A stretch of DNA of 64,000 nucleotides, taken from assembly GCF_009914755.1 (NCBI RefSeq), contig NC_060942.1; one strand, 5' to 3'. Position numbers and translations under genes: made by a program. This document shows positions 1-10,300 of the stretch, piece after piece. Below the pieces are notes generated by a model that was not told where the DNA came from, did not search any database, and saw nothing but the letters and a program-made list of their open reading frames with translations. Position 1 is the first letter of the stretch. Every line of letters begins with the position of its first letter. Source of the stretch: the human T2T-CHM13v2.0 reference genome, Homo sapiens.

Positions 1-47
1 ACTCTTTTTGTGGAATCTGCAAGTGGCTATTTGGCTAGATTTGAGGA

Positions 48-64
48 TTTCGTTGGAAACGGGA
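48..64 (+). promoter_or_regulatory. CENP-B box (dimer A; recurs in every HOR)
   Basis: TTTCGTTGGAAACGGGA matches the core NTTCGNNNNANNCGGGN. Confidence 0.95.
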
Positions 65-214
65 TTACATATAAAAAGCAGTCAGCAGCATTCTCAGAAA
101 GTTCTTTGTGATGATTGCATTCAAGTCACAGAATTGAACATTCCCTTTCACAGAGCAGGTTTGAAACACTCTTTTTGTAGTGTGTGTAAGTGGACATTTG
201 GAGCACTTACCGGC

Positions 215-231
215 CTAAGGTGAAAAAGGAA
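215..231 (+). promoter_or_regulatory. pJalpha-like box of an A-type monomer (alternates with CENP-B-box monomers)
   Basis: CTAAGGTGAAAAAGGAA lies at the position equivalent to the CENP-B box and is close to, but not identical with, the pJalpha consensus as recalled (CTAYGGTGRAAAAGGAA). Confidence 0.6.
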
Positions 232-385
232 ATATCTTCCCATAAAAACTAGACAGAAGCATTCTCAGAAACTTACTCGTGATGTGTGTCCTCAACTAAA
301 GGAGTAGAACCTTTCTTTTCATAGAGAAGTTTTGAAACGCTCTTTTTGTGGAATCTGCAAGTGGATATTTGGCTAGTTTTGAGGA

Positions 386-402
386 TTTCGTTGGAAGCGG
401 GA
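386..402 (+). promoter_or_regulatory. CENP-B box (dimer B)
   Basis: TTTCGTTGGAAGCGGGA, overlapping the EcoRI site at 401-406. Confidence 0.95.
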
Positions 403-723
403 ATTCATACAAATTGCAGACTGCAGCGTTCTGAGAAACGTCTTTGTGATGTTTGTATTCAGGACACAGAGTTGAACATTCCCTATCATAGAGCAGGTTG
501 GAATCCCTCCTTTTGTAGTATCTGGAAGTGGACATTTGGAGCGCTTTCAGGCCTATGTTGGAAAAGGAAATATCTTCCCATAACAACTAGACAGAAGCAT
601 TCTCAGAAACTTATTTGAGATGTGTGTACTCAACTAAGAGAATTGAACCACCGTTTTGAAGGAGCAGTTTTGAAACTCTCTTTTTCTGGAATCTGCAAGT
701 GGATATTTGGCTAGCTTTGGGGA

Positions 724-740
724 TTTCGCTGGAAGCGGGA
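724..740 (+). promoter_or_regulatory. CENP-B box (dimer C)
   Basis: TTTCGCTGGAAGCGGGA; all nine core positions are intact. Confidence 0.92.
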
Positions 741-1060
741 ATACATATAAAAAGCACACAGCAGCGTTCTGAGAAACTGCTTTCTGATGTTTGCATTCAA
801 GTCAAAAGTTGAACACTCCCTTTCATAGAGCAGTCTTGAAACACCCCTTTTGTAGTATCTGGAACTGGACTTTTGGAGCGATTTCAGGGCTAAGGTGAAA
901 AAGGAAATATCTTCCCATAAAAACTGGACAGAAGCATTCTCAGAAACTTGGTTATGCTGTATCTACTCAACTAACAAAGTTGAACCTTTCTTTTGATAGA
1001 GCAGTTTTGAAATGGTCTTTTTGTGGAATCTGCAAGTGGATATTTGGCTAGTTTTGAGGA

Positions 1061-1077
1061 TTTCGTTGGAAGCGGGA
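1061..1077 (+). promoter_or_regulatory. CENP-B box (dimer B')
   Basis: TTTCGTTGGAAGCGGGA, overlapping the EcoRI site at 1076-1081. Confidence 0.95.
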
Positions 1078-1398
1078 ATTCATACAAATTGCAGACTGCA
1101 GCGTTCTGAGAAACATCTTTGTGATGTTTGTATTCAGGACACAGAGTTGAACATTCCCTATCATAGAGCAGGTTGGAATCACTCCTTTTGTAGTATCTGG
1201 AAGTGGACATTTGGAGCGCTTTCAGGCCTATTTTGGAAAGGGAAATATCTTCCCGTAACAACTATGCAGAAGCATTCTCAGAAACTTGTTTGTGATGTGT
1301 GCCCTCTACTGACAGAGTTGAACCTTTCTTTTCATAGAGCAGTTTTGAAACACTCTTTTTGTAGAATCTGCAAGAGGATATTTGCATAGCTTTGAGGA

Positions 1399-1415
1399 TT
1401 TCGTGGGAAACGGGA
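1399..1415 (+). promoter_or_regulatory. CENP-B box (dimer D)
   Basis: TTTCGTGGGAAACGGGA; core intact. Confidence 0.92.
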
Positions 1416-1740
1416 TTGTCTTCAGGTAAAATCTAGACAGAAGCATTCTCAGAAACTTCTTTGGGATGTTTGCATTCAAGTCACAGAGTAGAACATTCCC
1501 TTTGGTAGAGCAGGTTTGAAACACTCTTTTTGTAGTATCTGGAAGTGGACATTTGGAGCGCTTTCAGGCCCATGTTGGAAAGGGAAATATCTTCCCGTAA
1601 CAACTAGGCAGAAGCATTCTCAGAAACTTATTTGAGATGTGTGTACTCAACTAAGAGAATTGAACCACCGTTTTGAAGGAGCAGTTTTGAAACACTCTTT
1701 TTCTGGAATCTGCAAGAGTATATTTGCCTAGCCTTGAGGA

Positions 1741-1757
1741 TTTCGTTGGAAACGGGA
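1741..1757 (+). promoter_or_regulatory. CENP-B box (dimer E)
   Basis: TTTCGTTGGAAACGGGA. Confidence 0.95.
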
Positions 1758-4365
1758 TTGTCTTCAGAGAAAATCTAGACAGAAGCATTCTCAGAAACTT
1801 CTTTGGGATGTTTGCATTCAAGTCACAGAGTAGAACATTCCCTTTGGTAGAGCAGGTTTGAAACACTCTTTTTTTAGTATATGGAAGTGGACATTTGGAT
1901 CGCTTTCAGGCCTACGTTGGAAAAGGAAATATCTTCCCATAACAACTAGACAGAAGCATTCTCAGAAACTAGTTTCTGATGTGTGTCCTCAACTAACACA
2001 GTTGAACATTTCTTTAGACAGAACAGTTTTGAAACACTCTTTTTGTGGAATCTGCAAGTGGCTATTTGGCTAGATTTGAGGATTTCGTTGGAAACGGGAT
2101 TACATATAAAAAGCAGTCAGCAGCATTCTCAGAAAGTTCTTTGTGATGATTGCATTCAAGTCACAGAATTGAACATTCCCTTTCACAGAGCAGGTTTGAA
2201 ACACTCTTTTTGTAGTGTGTGTAAGTGGACATTTGGAGCACTTACCGGCCTAAGGTGAAAAAGGAAATATCTTCCCATAAAAACTAGACAGAAGCATTCT
2301 CAGAAACTTACTCGTGATGTGTGTCCTCAACTAAAGGAGTAGAACCTTTCTTTTCATAGAGAAGTTTTGAAACGCTCTTTTTGTGGAATCTGCAAGTGGA
2401 TATTTGGCTAGTTTTGAGGATTTCGTTGGAAGCGGGAATTCATACAAATTGCAGACTGCAGCGTTCTGAGAAACGTCTTTGTGATGTTTGTATTCAGGAC
2501 ACAGAGTTGAACATTCCCTATCATAGAGCAGGTTGGAATCCCTCCTTTTGTAGTATCTGGAAGTGGACATTTGGAGCGCTTTCAGGCCTATGTTGGAAAA
2601 GGAAATATCTTCCCATAACAACTAGACAGAAGCATTCTCAGAAACTTATTTGAGATGTGTGTACTCAACTAAGAGAATTGAACCACCGTTTTGAAGGAGC
2701 AGTTTTGAAACTCTCTTTTTCTGGAATCTGCAAGTGGATATTTGGCTAGCTTTGGGGATTTCGCTGGAAGCGGGAATACATATAAAAAGCACACAGCAGC
2801 GTTCTGAGAAACTGCTTTCTGATGTTTGCATTCAAGTCAAAAGTTGAACACTCCCTTTCATAGAGCAGTCTTGAAACACCCCTTTTGTAGTATCTGGAAC
2901 TGGACTTTTGGAGCGATTTCAGGGCTAAGGTGAAAAAGGAAATATCTTCCCATAAAAACTGGACAGAAGCATTCTCAGAAACTTGGTTATGCTGTATCTA
3001 CTCAACTAACAAAGTTGAACCTTTCTTTTGATAGAGCAGTTTTGAAATGGTCTTTTTGTGGAATCTGCAAGTGGATATTTGGCTAGTTTTGAGGATTTCG
3101 TTGGAAGCGGGAATTCATACAAATTGCAGACTGCAGCGTTCTGAGAAACATCTTTGTGATGTTTGTATTCAGGACACAGAGTTGAACATTCCCTATCATA
3201 GAGCAGGTTGGAATCACTCCTTTTGTAGTATCTGGAAGTGGACATTTGGAGCGCTTTCAGGCCTATTTTGGAAAGGGAAATATCTTCCCGTAACAACTAT
3301 GCAGAAGCATTCTCAGAAACTTGTTTGTGATGTGTGCCCTCTACTGACAGAGTTGAACCTTTCTTTTCATAGAGCAGTTTTGAAACACTCTTTTTGTAGA
3401 ATCTGCAAGAGGATATTTGCATAGCTTTGAGGATTTCGTGGGAAACGGGATTGTCTTCAGGTAAAATCTAGACAGAAGCATTCTCAGAAACTTCTTTGGG
3501 ATGTTTGCATTCAAGTCACAGAGTAGAACATTCCCTTTGGTAGAGCAGGTTTGAAACACTCTTTTTGTAGTATCTGGAAGTGGACATTTGGAGCGCTTTC
3601 AGGCCCATGTTGGAAAGGGAAATATCTTCCCGTAACAACTAGGCAGAAGCATTCTCAGAAACTTATTTGAGATGTGTGTACTCAACTAAGAGAATTGAAC
3701 CACCGTTTTGAAGGAGCAGTTTTGAAACACTCTTTTTCTGGAATCTGCAAGAGTATATTTGCCTAGCCTTGAGGATTTCGTTGGAAACGGGATTGTCTTC
3801 AGAGAAAATCTAGACAGAAGCATTCTCAGAAACTTCTTTGGGATGTTTGCATTCAAGTCACAGAGTAGAACATTCCCTTTGGTAGAGCAGGTTTGAAACA
3901 CTCTTTTTTTAGTATATGGAAGTGGACATTTGGATCGCTTTCAGGCCTACGTTGGAAAAGGAAATATCTTCCCATAACAACTAGACAGAAGCATTCTCAG
4001 AAACTAGTTTCTGATGTGTGTCCTCAACTAACACAGTTGAACATTTCTTTAGACAGAACAGTTTTGAAACACTCTTTTTGTGGAATCTGCAAGTGGCTAT
4101 TTGGCTAGATTTGAGGATTTCGTTGGAAACGGGATTACATATAAAAAGCAGTCAGCAGCATTCTCAGAAAGTTCTTTGTGATGATTGCATTCAAGTCACA
4201 GAATTGAACATTCCCTTTCACAGAGCAGGTTTGAAACACTCTTTTTGTAGTGTGTGTAAGTGGACATTTGGAGCACTTACCGGCCTAAGGTGAAAAAGGA
4301 AATATCTTCCCATAAAAACTAGACAGAAGCATTCTCAGAAACTTACTCGTGATGTGTGTCCTCAA

Positions 4366-7300
4366 CTAAAGGAGTAGAACCTTTCTTTTCATAGAGAAGT
4401 TTTGAAACGCTCTTTTTGTGGAATCTGCAAGTGGATATTTGGCTAGTTTTGAGGATTTCGTTGGAAGCGGGAATTCATACAAATTGCAGACTGCAGCGTT
4501 CTGAGAAACGTCTTTGTGATGTTTGTATTCAGGACACAGAGTTGAACATTCCCTATCATAGAGCAGGTTGGAATCCCTCCTTTTGTAGTATCTGGAAGTG
4601 GACATTTGGAGCGCTTTCAGGCCTATGTTGGAAAAGGAAATATCTTCCCATAACAACTAGACAGAAGCATTCTCAGAAACTTATTTGAGATGTGTGTACT
4701 CAACTAAGAGAATTGAACCACCGTTTTGAAGGAGCAGTTTTGAAACTCTCTTTTTCTGGAATCTGCAAGTGGATATTTGGCTAGCTTTGGGGATTTCGCT
4801 GGAAGCGGGAATACATATAAAAAGCACACAGCAGCGTTCTGAGAAACTGCTTTCTGATGTTTGCATTCAAGTCAAAAGTTGAACACTCCCTTTCATAGAG
4901 CAGTCTTGAAACACCCCTTTTGTAGTATCTGGAACTGGACTTTTGGAGCGATTTCAGGGCTAAGGTGAAAAAGGAAATATCTTCCCATAAAAACTGGACA
5001 GAAGCATTCTCAGAAACTTGGTTATGCTGTATCTACTCAACTAACAAAGTTGAACCTTTCTTTTGATAGAGCAGTTTTGAAATGGTCTTTTTGTGGAATC
5101 TGCAAGTGGATATTTGGCTAGTTTTGAGGATTTCGTTGGAAGCGGGAATTCATACAAATTGCAGACTGCAGCGTTCTGAGAAACATCTTTGTGATGTTTG
5201 TATTCAGGACACAGAGTTGAACATTCCCTATCATAGAGCAGGTTGGAATCACTCCTTTTGTAGTATCTGGAAGTGGACATTTGGAGCGCTTTCAGGCCTA
5301 TTTTGGAAAGGGAAATATCTTCCCGTAACAACTATGCAGAAGCATTCTCAGAAACTTGTTTGTGATGTGTGCCCTCTACTGACAGAGTTGAACCTTTCTT
5401 TTCATAGAGCAGTTTTGAAACACTCTTTTTGTAGAATCTGCAAGAGGATATTTGCATAGCTTTGAGGATTTCGTGGGAAACGGGATTGTCTTCAGGTAAA
5501 ATCTAGACAGAAGCATTCTCAGAAACTTCTTTGGGATGTTTGCATTCAAGTCACAGAGTAGAACATTCCCTTTGGTAGAGCAGGTTTGAAACACTCTTTT
5601 TGTAGTATCTGGAAGTGGACATTTGGAGCGCTTTCAGGCCCATGTTGGAAAGGGAAATATCTTCCCGTAACAACTAGGCAGAAGCATTCTCAGAAACTTA
5701 TTTGAGATGTGTGTACTCAACTAAGAGAATTGAACCACCGTTTTGAAGGAGCAGTTTTGAAACACTCTTTTTCTGGAATCTGCAAGAGTATATTTGCCTA
5801 GCCTTGAGGATTTCGTTGGAAACGGGATTGTCTTCAGAGAAAATCTAGACAGAAGCATTCTCAGAAACTTCTTTGGGATGTTTGCATTCAAGTCACAGAG
5901 TAGAACATTCCCTTTGGTAGAGCAGGTTTGAAACACTCTTTTTGTAGTATATGGAAGTGGACATTTGGATCGCTTTCAGGCCTACGTTGGAAAAGGAAAT
6001 ATCTTCCCATAACAACTAGACAGAAGCATTCTCAGAAACTAGTTTCTGATGTGTGTCCTCAACTAACACAGTTGAACATTTCTTTAGACAGAACAGTTTT
6101 GAAACACTCTTTTTGTGGAATCTGCAAGTGGCTATTTGGCTAGATTTGAGGATTTCGTTGGAAACGGGATTACATATAAAAAGCAGTCAGCAGCATTCTC
6201 AGAAAGTTCTTTGTGATGATTGCATTCAAGTCACAGAATTGAACATTCCCTTTCACAGAGCAGGTTTGAAACACTCTTTTTGTAGTATATGGAAGTGGAC
6301 ATTTGGATCGCTTTCAGGCCTACGTTGGAAAAGGAAATATCTTCCCATAACAACTAGACAGAAGCATTCTCAGAAACTAGTTTCTGATGTGTGTCCTCAA
6401 CTAACACAGTTGAACATTTCTTTAGACAGAACAGTTTTGAAACACTCTTTTTGTGGAATCTGCAAGTGGCTATTTGGCTAGATTTGAGGATTTCGTTGGA
6501 AACGGGATTACATATAAAAAGCAGTCAGCAGCATTCTCAGAAAGTTCTTTGTGATGATTGCATTCAAGTCACAGAATTGAACATTCCCTTTCACAGAGCA
6601 GGTTTGAAACACTCTTTTTGTAGTGTGTGTAAGTGGACCTTTGGAGCACTTACCGGCCTAAGGTGAAAAAGGAAATATCTTCCCATAAAAACTAGACAGA
6701 AGCATTCTCAGAAACTTACTCGTGATGTGTGTCCTCAACTAAAGGAGTAGAACCTTTCTTTTCATAGAGAAGTTTTGAGACGCTCTTTTTGTGGAATCTG
6801 CAAGTGGATATTTGGCTAGTTTTGAGGATTTCGTTGGAAGCGGGAATTCATACAAATTGCAGACTGCAGCGTTCTGAGAAACATCTTTGTGATGTTTGTA
6901 TTCAGGACACAGAGTTGAACATTCCCTATCATAGAGCAGGTTGGAATCACTCCTTTTGTAGTATCTGGAAGTGGACATTTGGAGCGCTTTCAGGCCTATG
7001 TTGGAAAAGGAAATATCTTCCCATAACAACTAGACAGAAGCATTCTCAGAAACTTATTTGAGATGTGTGTACTCAACTAAGAGAATTGAACCACCGTTTT
7101 GAAGGAGCAGTTTTGAAACTCTCTTTTTCTGGAATCTGCAAGTGGATATTTGGCTAGCTTTGGGGATTTCGCTGGAAGCGGGAATACATATAAAAAGCAC
7201 ACAGCAGCGTTCTGAGAAACTGCTTTCTGATGTTTGCATTCAAGTCAAAAGTTGAACACTCCCTTTCATAGAGCAGTCTTGAAACACCCCTTTTGTAGTA

Positions 7301-10300
7301 TCTGGAACTGGACTTTTGGAGCGATTTCAGGGCTAAGGTGAAAAAGGAAATATCTTCCCATAAAAACTGGACAGAAGCATTCTCAGAAACTTGGTTATGC
7401 TGTATCTACTCAACTAACAAAGTTGAACCTTTCTTTTGATAGAGCAGTTTTGAAATGGTCTTTTTGTGGAATCTGCAAGTGGATATTTGGCTAGTTTTGA
7501 GGATTTCGTTGGAAGCGGGAATTCATACAAATTGCAGACTGCAGCGTTCTGAGAAACATCTTTGTGATGTTTGTATTCAGGACACAGAGTTGAACATTCC
7601 CTATCATAGAGCAGGTTGGAATCACTCCTTTTGTAGTATCTGGAAGTGGACATTTGGAGCGCTTTCAGGCCTATTTTGGAAAGGGAAATATCTTCCCGTA
7701 ACAACTATGCAGAAGCATTCTCAGAAACTTGTTTGTGATGTGTGCCCTCTACTGACAGAGTTGAACCTTTCTTTTCATAGAGCAGTTTTGAAACACTCTT
7801 TTTGTAGAATCTGCAAGAGGATATTTGCATAGCTTTGAGGATTTCGTGGGAAACGGGATTGTCTTCAGGTAAAATCTAGACAGAAGCATTCTCAGAAACT
7901 TCTTTGGGATGTTTGCATTCAAGTCACAGAGTAGAACATTCCCTTTGGTAGAGCAGGTTTGAAACACTCTTTTTGTAGTATCTGGAAGTGGACATTTGGA
8001 GCGCTTTCAGGCCCATGTTGGAAAGGGAAATATCTTCCCGTAACAACTAGGCAGAAGCATTCTCAGAAACTTATTTGAGATGTGTGTACTCAACTAAGAG
8101 AATTGAACCACCGTTTTGAAGGAGCAGTTTTGAAACACTCTTTTTCTGGAATCTGCAAGAGTATATTTGCCTAGCCTTGAGGATTTCGTTGGAAACGGGA
8201 TTGTCTTCAGAGAAAATCTAGACAGAAGCATTCTCAGAAACTTCTTTGGGATGTTTGCATTCAAGTCACAGAGTAGAACATTCCCTTTGGTAGAGCAGGT
8301 TTGAAACACTCTTTTTGTAGTATATGGAAGTGGACATTTGGATCGCTTTCAGGCCTACGTTGGAAAAGGAAATATCTTCCCATAACAACTAGACAGAAGC
8401 ATTCTCAGAAACTAGTTTCTGATGTGTGTCCTCAACTAACACAGTTGAACATTTCTTTAGACAGAACAGTTTTGAAACACTCTTTTTGTGGAATCTGCAA
8501 GTGGCTATTTGGCTAGATTTGAGGATTTCGTTGGAAACGGGATTACATATAAAAAGCAGTCAGCAGCATTCTCAGAAAGTTCTTTGTGATGATTGCATTC
8601 AAGTCACAGAATTGAACATTCCCTTTCACAGAGCAGGTTTGAAACACTCTTTTTGTAGTATATGGAAGTGGACATTTGGATCGCTTTCAGGCCTACGTTG
8701 GAAAAGGAAATATCTTCCCATAACAACTAGACAGAAGCATTCTCAGAAACTAGTTTCTGATGTGTGTCCTCAACTAACACAGTTGAACATTTCTTTAGAC
8801 AGAACAGTTTTGAAACACTCTTTTTGTGGAATCTGCAAGTGGCTATTTGGCTAGATTTGAGGATTTCGTTGGAAACGGGATTACATATAAAAAGCAGTCA
8901 GCAGCATTCTCAGAAAGTTCTTTGTGATGATTGCATTCAAGTCACAGAATTGAACATTCCCTTTCACAGAGCAGGTTTGAAACACTCTTTTTGTAGTGTG
9001 TGTAAGTGGACCTTTGGAGCACTTACCGGCCTAAGGTGAAAAAGGAAATATCTTCCCATAAAAACTAGACAGAAGCATTCTCAGAAACTTACTCGTGATG
9101 TGTGTCCTCAACTAAAGGAGTAGAACCTTTCTTTTCATAGAGAAGTTTTGAGACGCTCTTTTTGTGGAATCTGCAAGTGGATATTTGGCTAGTTTTGAGG
9201 ATTTCGTTGGAAGCGGGAATTCATACAAATTGCAGACTGCAGCGTTCTGAGAAACATCTTTGTGATGTTTGTATTCAGGACACAGAGTTGAACATTCCCT
9301 ATCATAGAGCAGGTTGGAATCACTCCTTTTGTAGTATCTGGAAGTGGACATTTGGAGCGCTTTCAGGCCTATGTTGGAAAAGGAAATATCTTCCCATAAC
9401 AACTAGACAGAAGCATTCTCAGAAACTTATTTGAGATGTGTGTACTCAACTAAGAGAATTGAACCACCGTTTTGAAGGAGCAGTTTTGAAACTCTCTTTT
9501 TCTGGAATCTGCAAGTGGATATTTGGCTAGCTTTGGGGATTTCGCTGGAAGAGGGAATACATATAAAAAGCACACAGCAGCGTTCTGAGAAACTGCTTTC
9601 TGATGTTTGCATTCAAGTCAAAAGTTGAACACTCCCTTTCATAGAGCAGTCTTGAAACACCCCTTTTGTAGTATCTGGAACTGGACTTTTGGAGCGATTT
9701 CAGGGCTAAGGTGAAAAAGGAAATATCTTCCCATAAAAACTGGACAGAAGCATTCTCAGAAACTTGGTTATGCTGTATCTACTCAACTAACAAAGTTGAA
9801 CCTTTCTTTTGATAGAGCAGTTTTGAAATGGTCTTTTTGTGGAATCTGCAAGTGGATATTTGGCTAGTTTTGAGGATTTCGTTGGAAGCGGGAATTCATA
9901 CAAATTGCAGACTGCAGCGTTCTGAGAAACATCTTTGTGATGTTTGTATTCAGGACACAGAGTTGAACATTCCCTATCATAGAGCAGGTTGGAATCACTC
10001 CTTTTGTAGTATCTGGAAGTGGACATTTGGAGCGCTTTCAGGCCTATTTTGGAAAGGGAAATATCTTCCCGTAACAACTATGCAGAAGCATTCTCAGAAA
10101 CTTGTTTGTGATGTGTGCCCTCTACTGACAGAGTTGAACCTTTCTTTTCATAGAGCAGTTTTGAAACACTCTTTTTGTAGAATCTGCAAGAGGATATTTG
10201 CATAGCTTTGAGGATTTCGTGGGAAACGGGATTGTCTTCAGGTAAAATCTAGACAGAAGCATTCTCAGAAACTTCTTTGGGATGTTTGCATTCAAGTCAC

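Larger units (their letters stand above)
296..2330 (+). repeat. Canonical 12-mer HOR unit (2035 bp; phase chosen arbitrarily)
   Basis: CENP-B box starts at 48, 386, 724, 1061, 1399, 1741 and 2083 give dimer lengths 338+338+337+338+342+342 = 2035. Confidence 0.97.

Noticed and set aside
66-78. TATA-like TATAAAA next to CENP-B boxes A and C as a promoter
   Set aside because: It is an ordinary part of an AT-rich monomer; nothing in the sequence alone supports transcription initiation.
296-2330. Assignment to the X-chromosome 12-mer DXZ1
   Set aside because: DXZ1 is a ~2057-bp pentamer-derived (SF3) HOR. This unit is 2035 bp and strictly dimeric, with a box in every second monomer.
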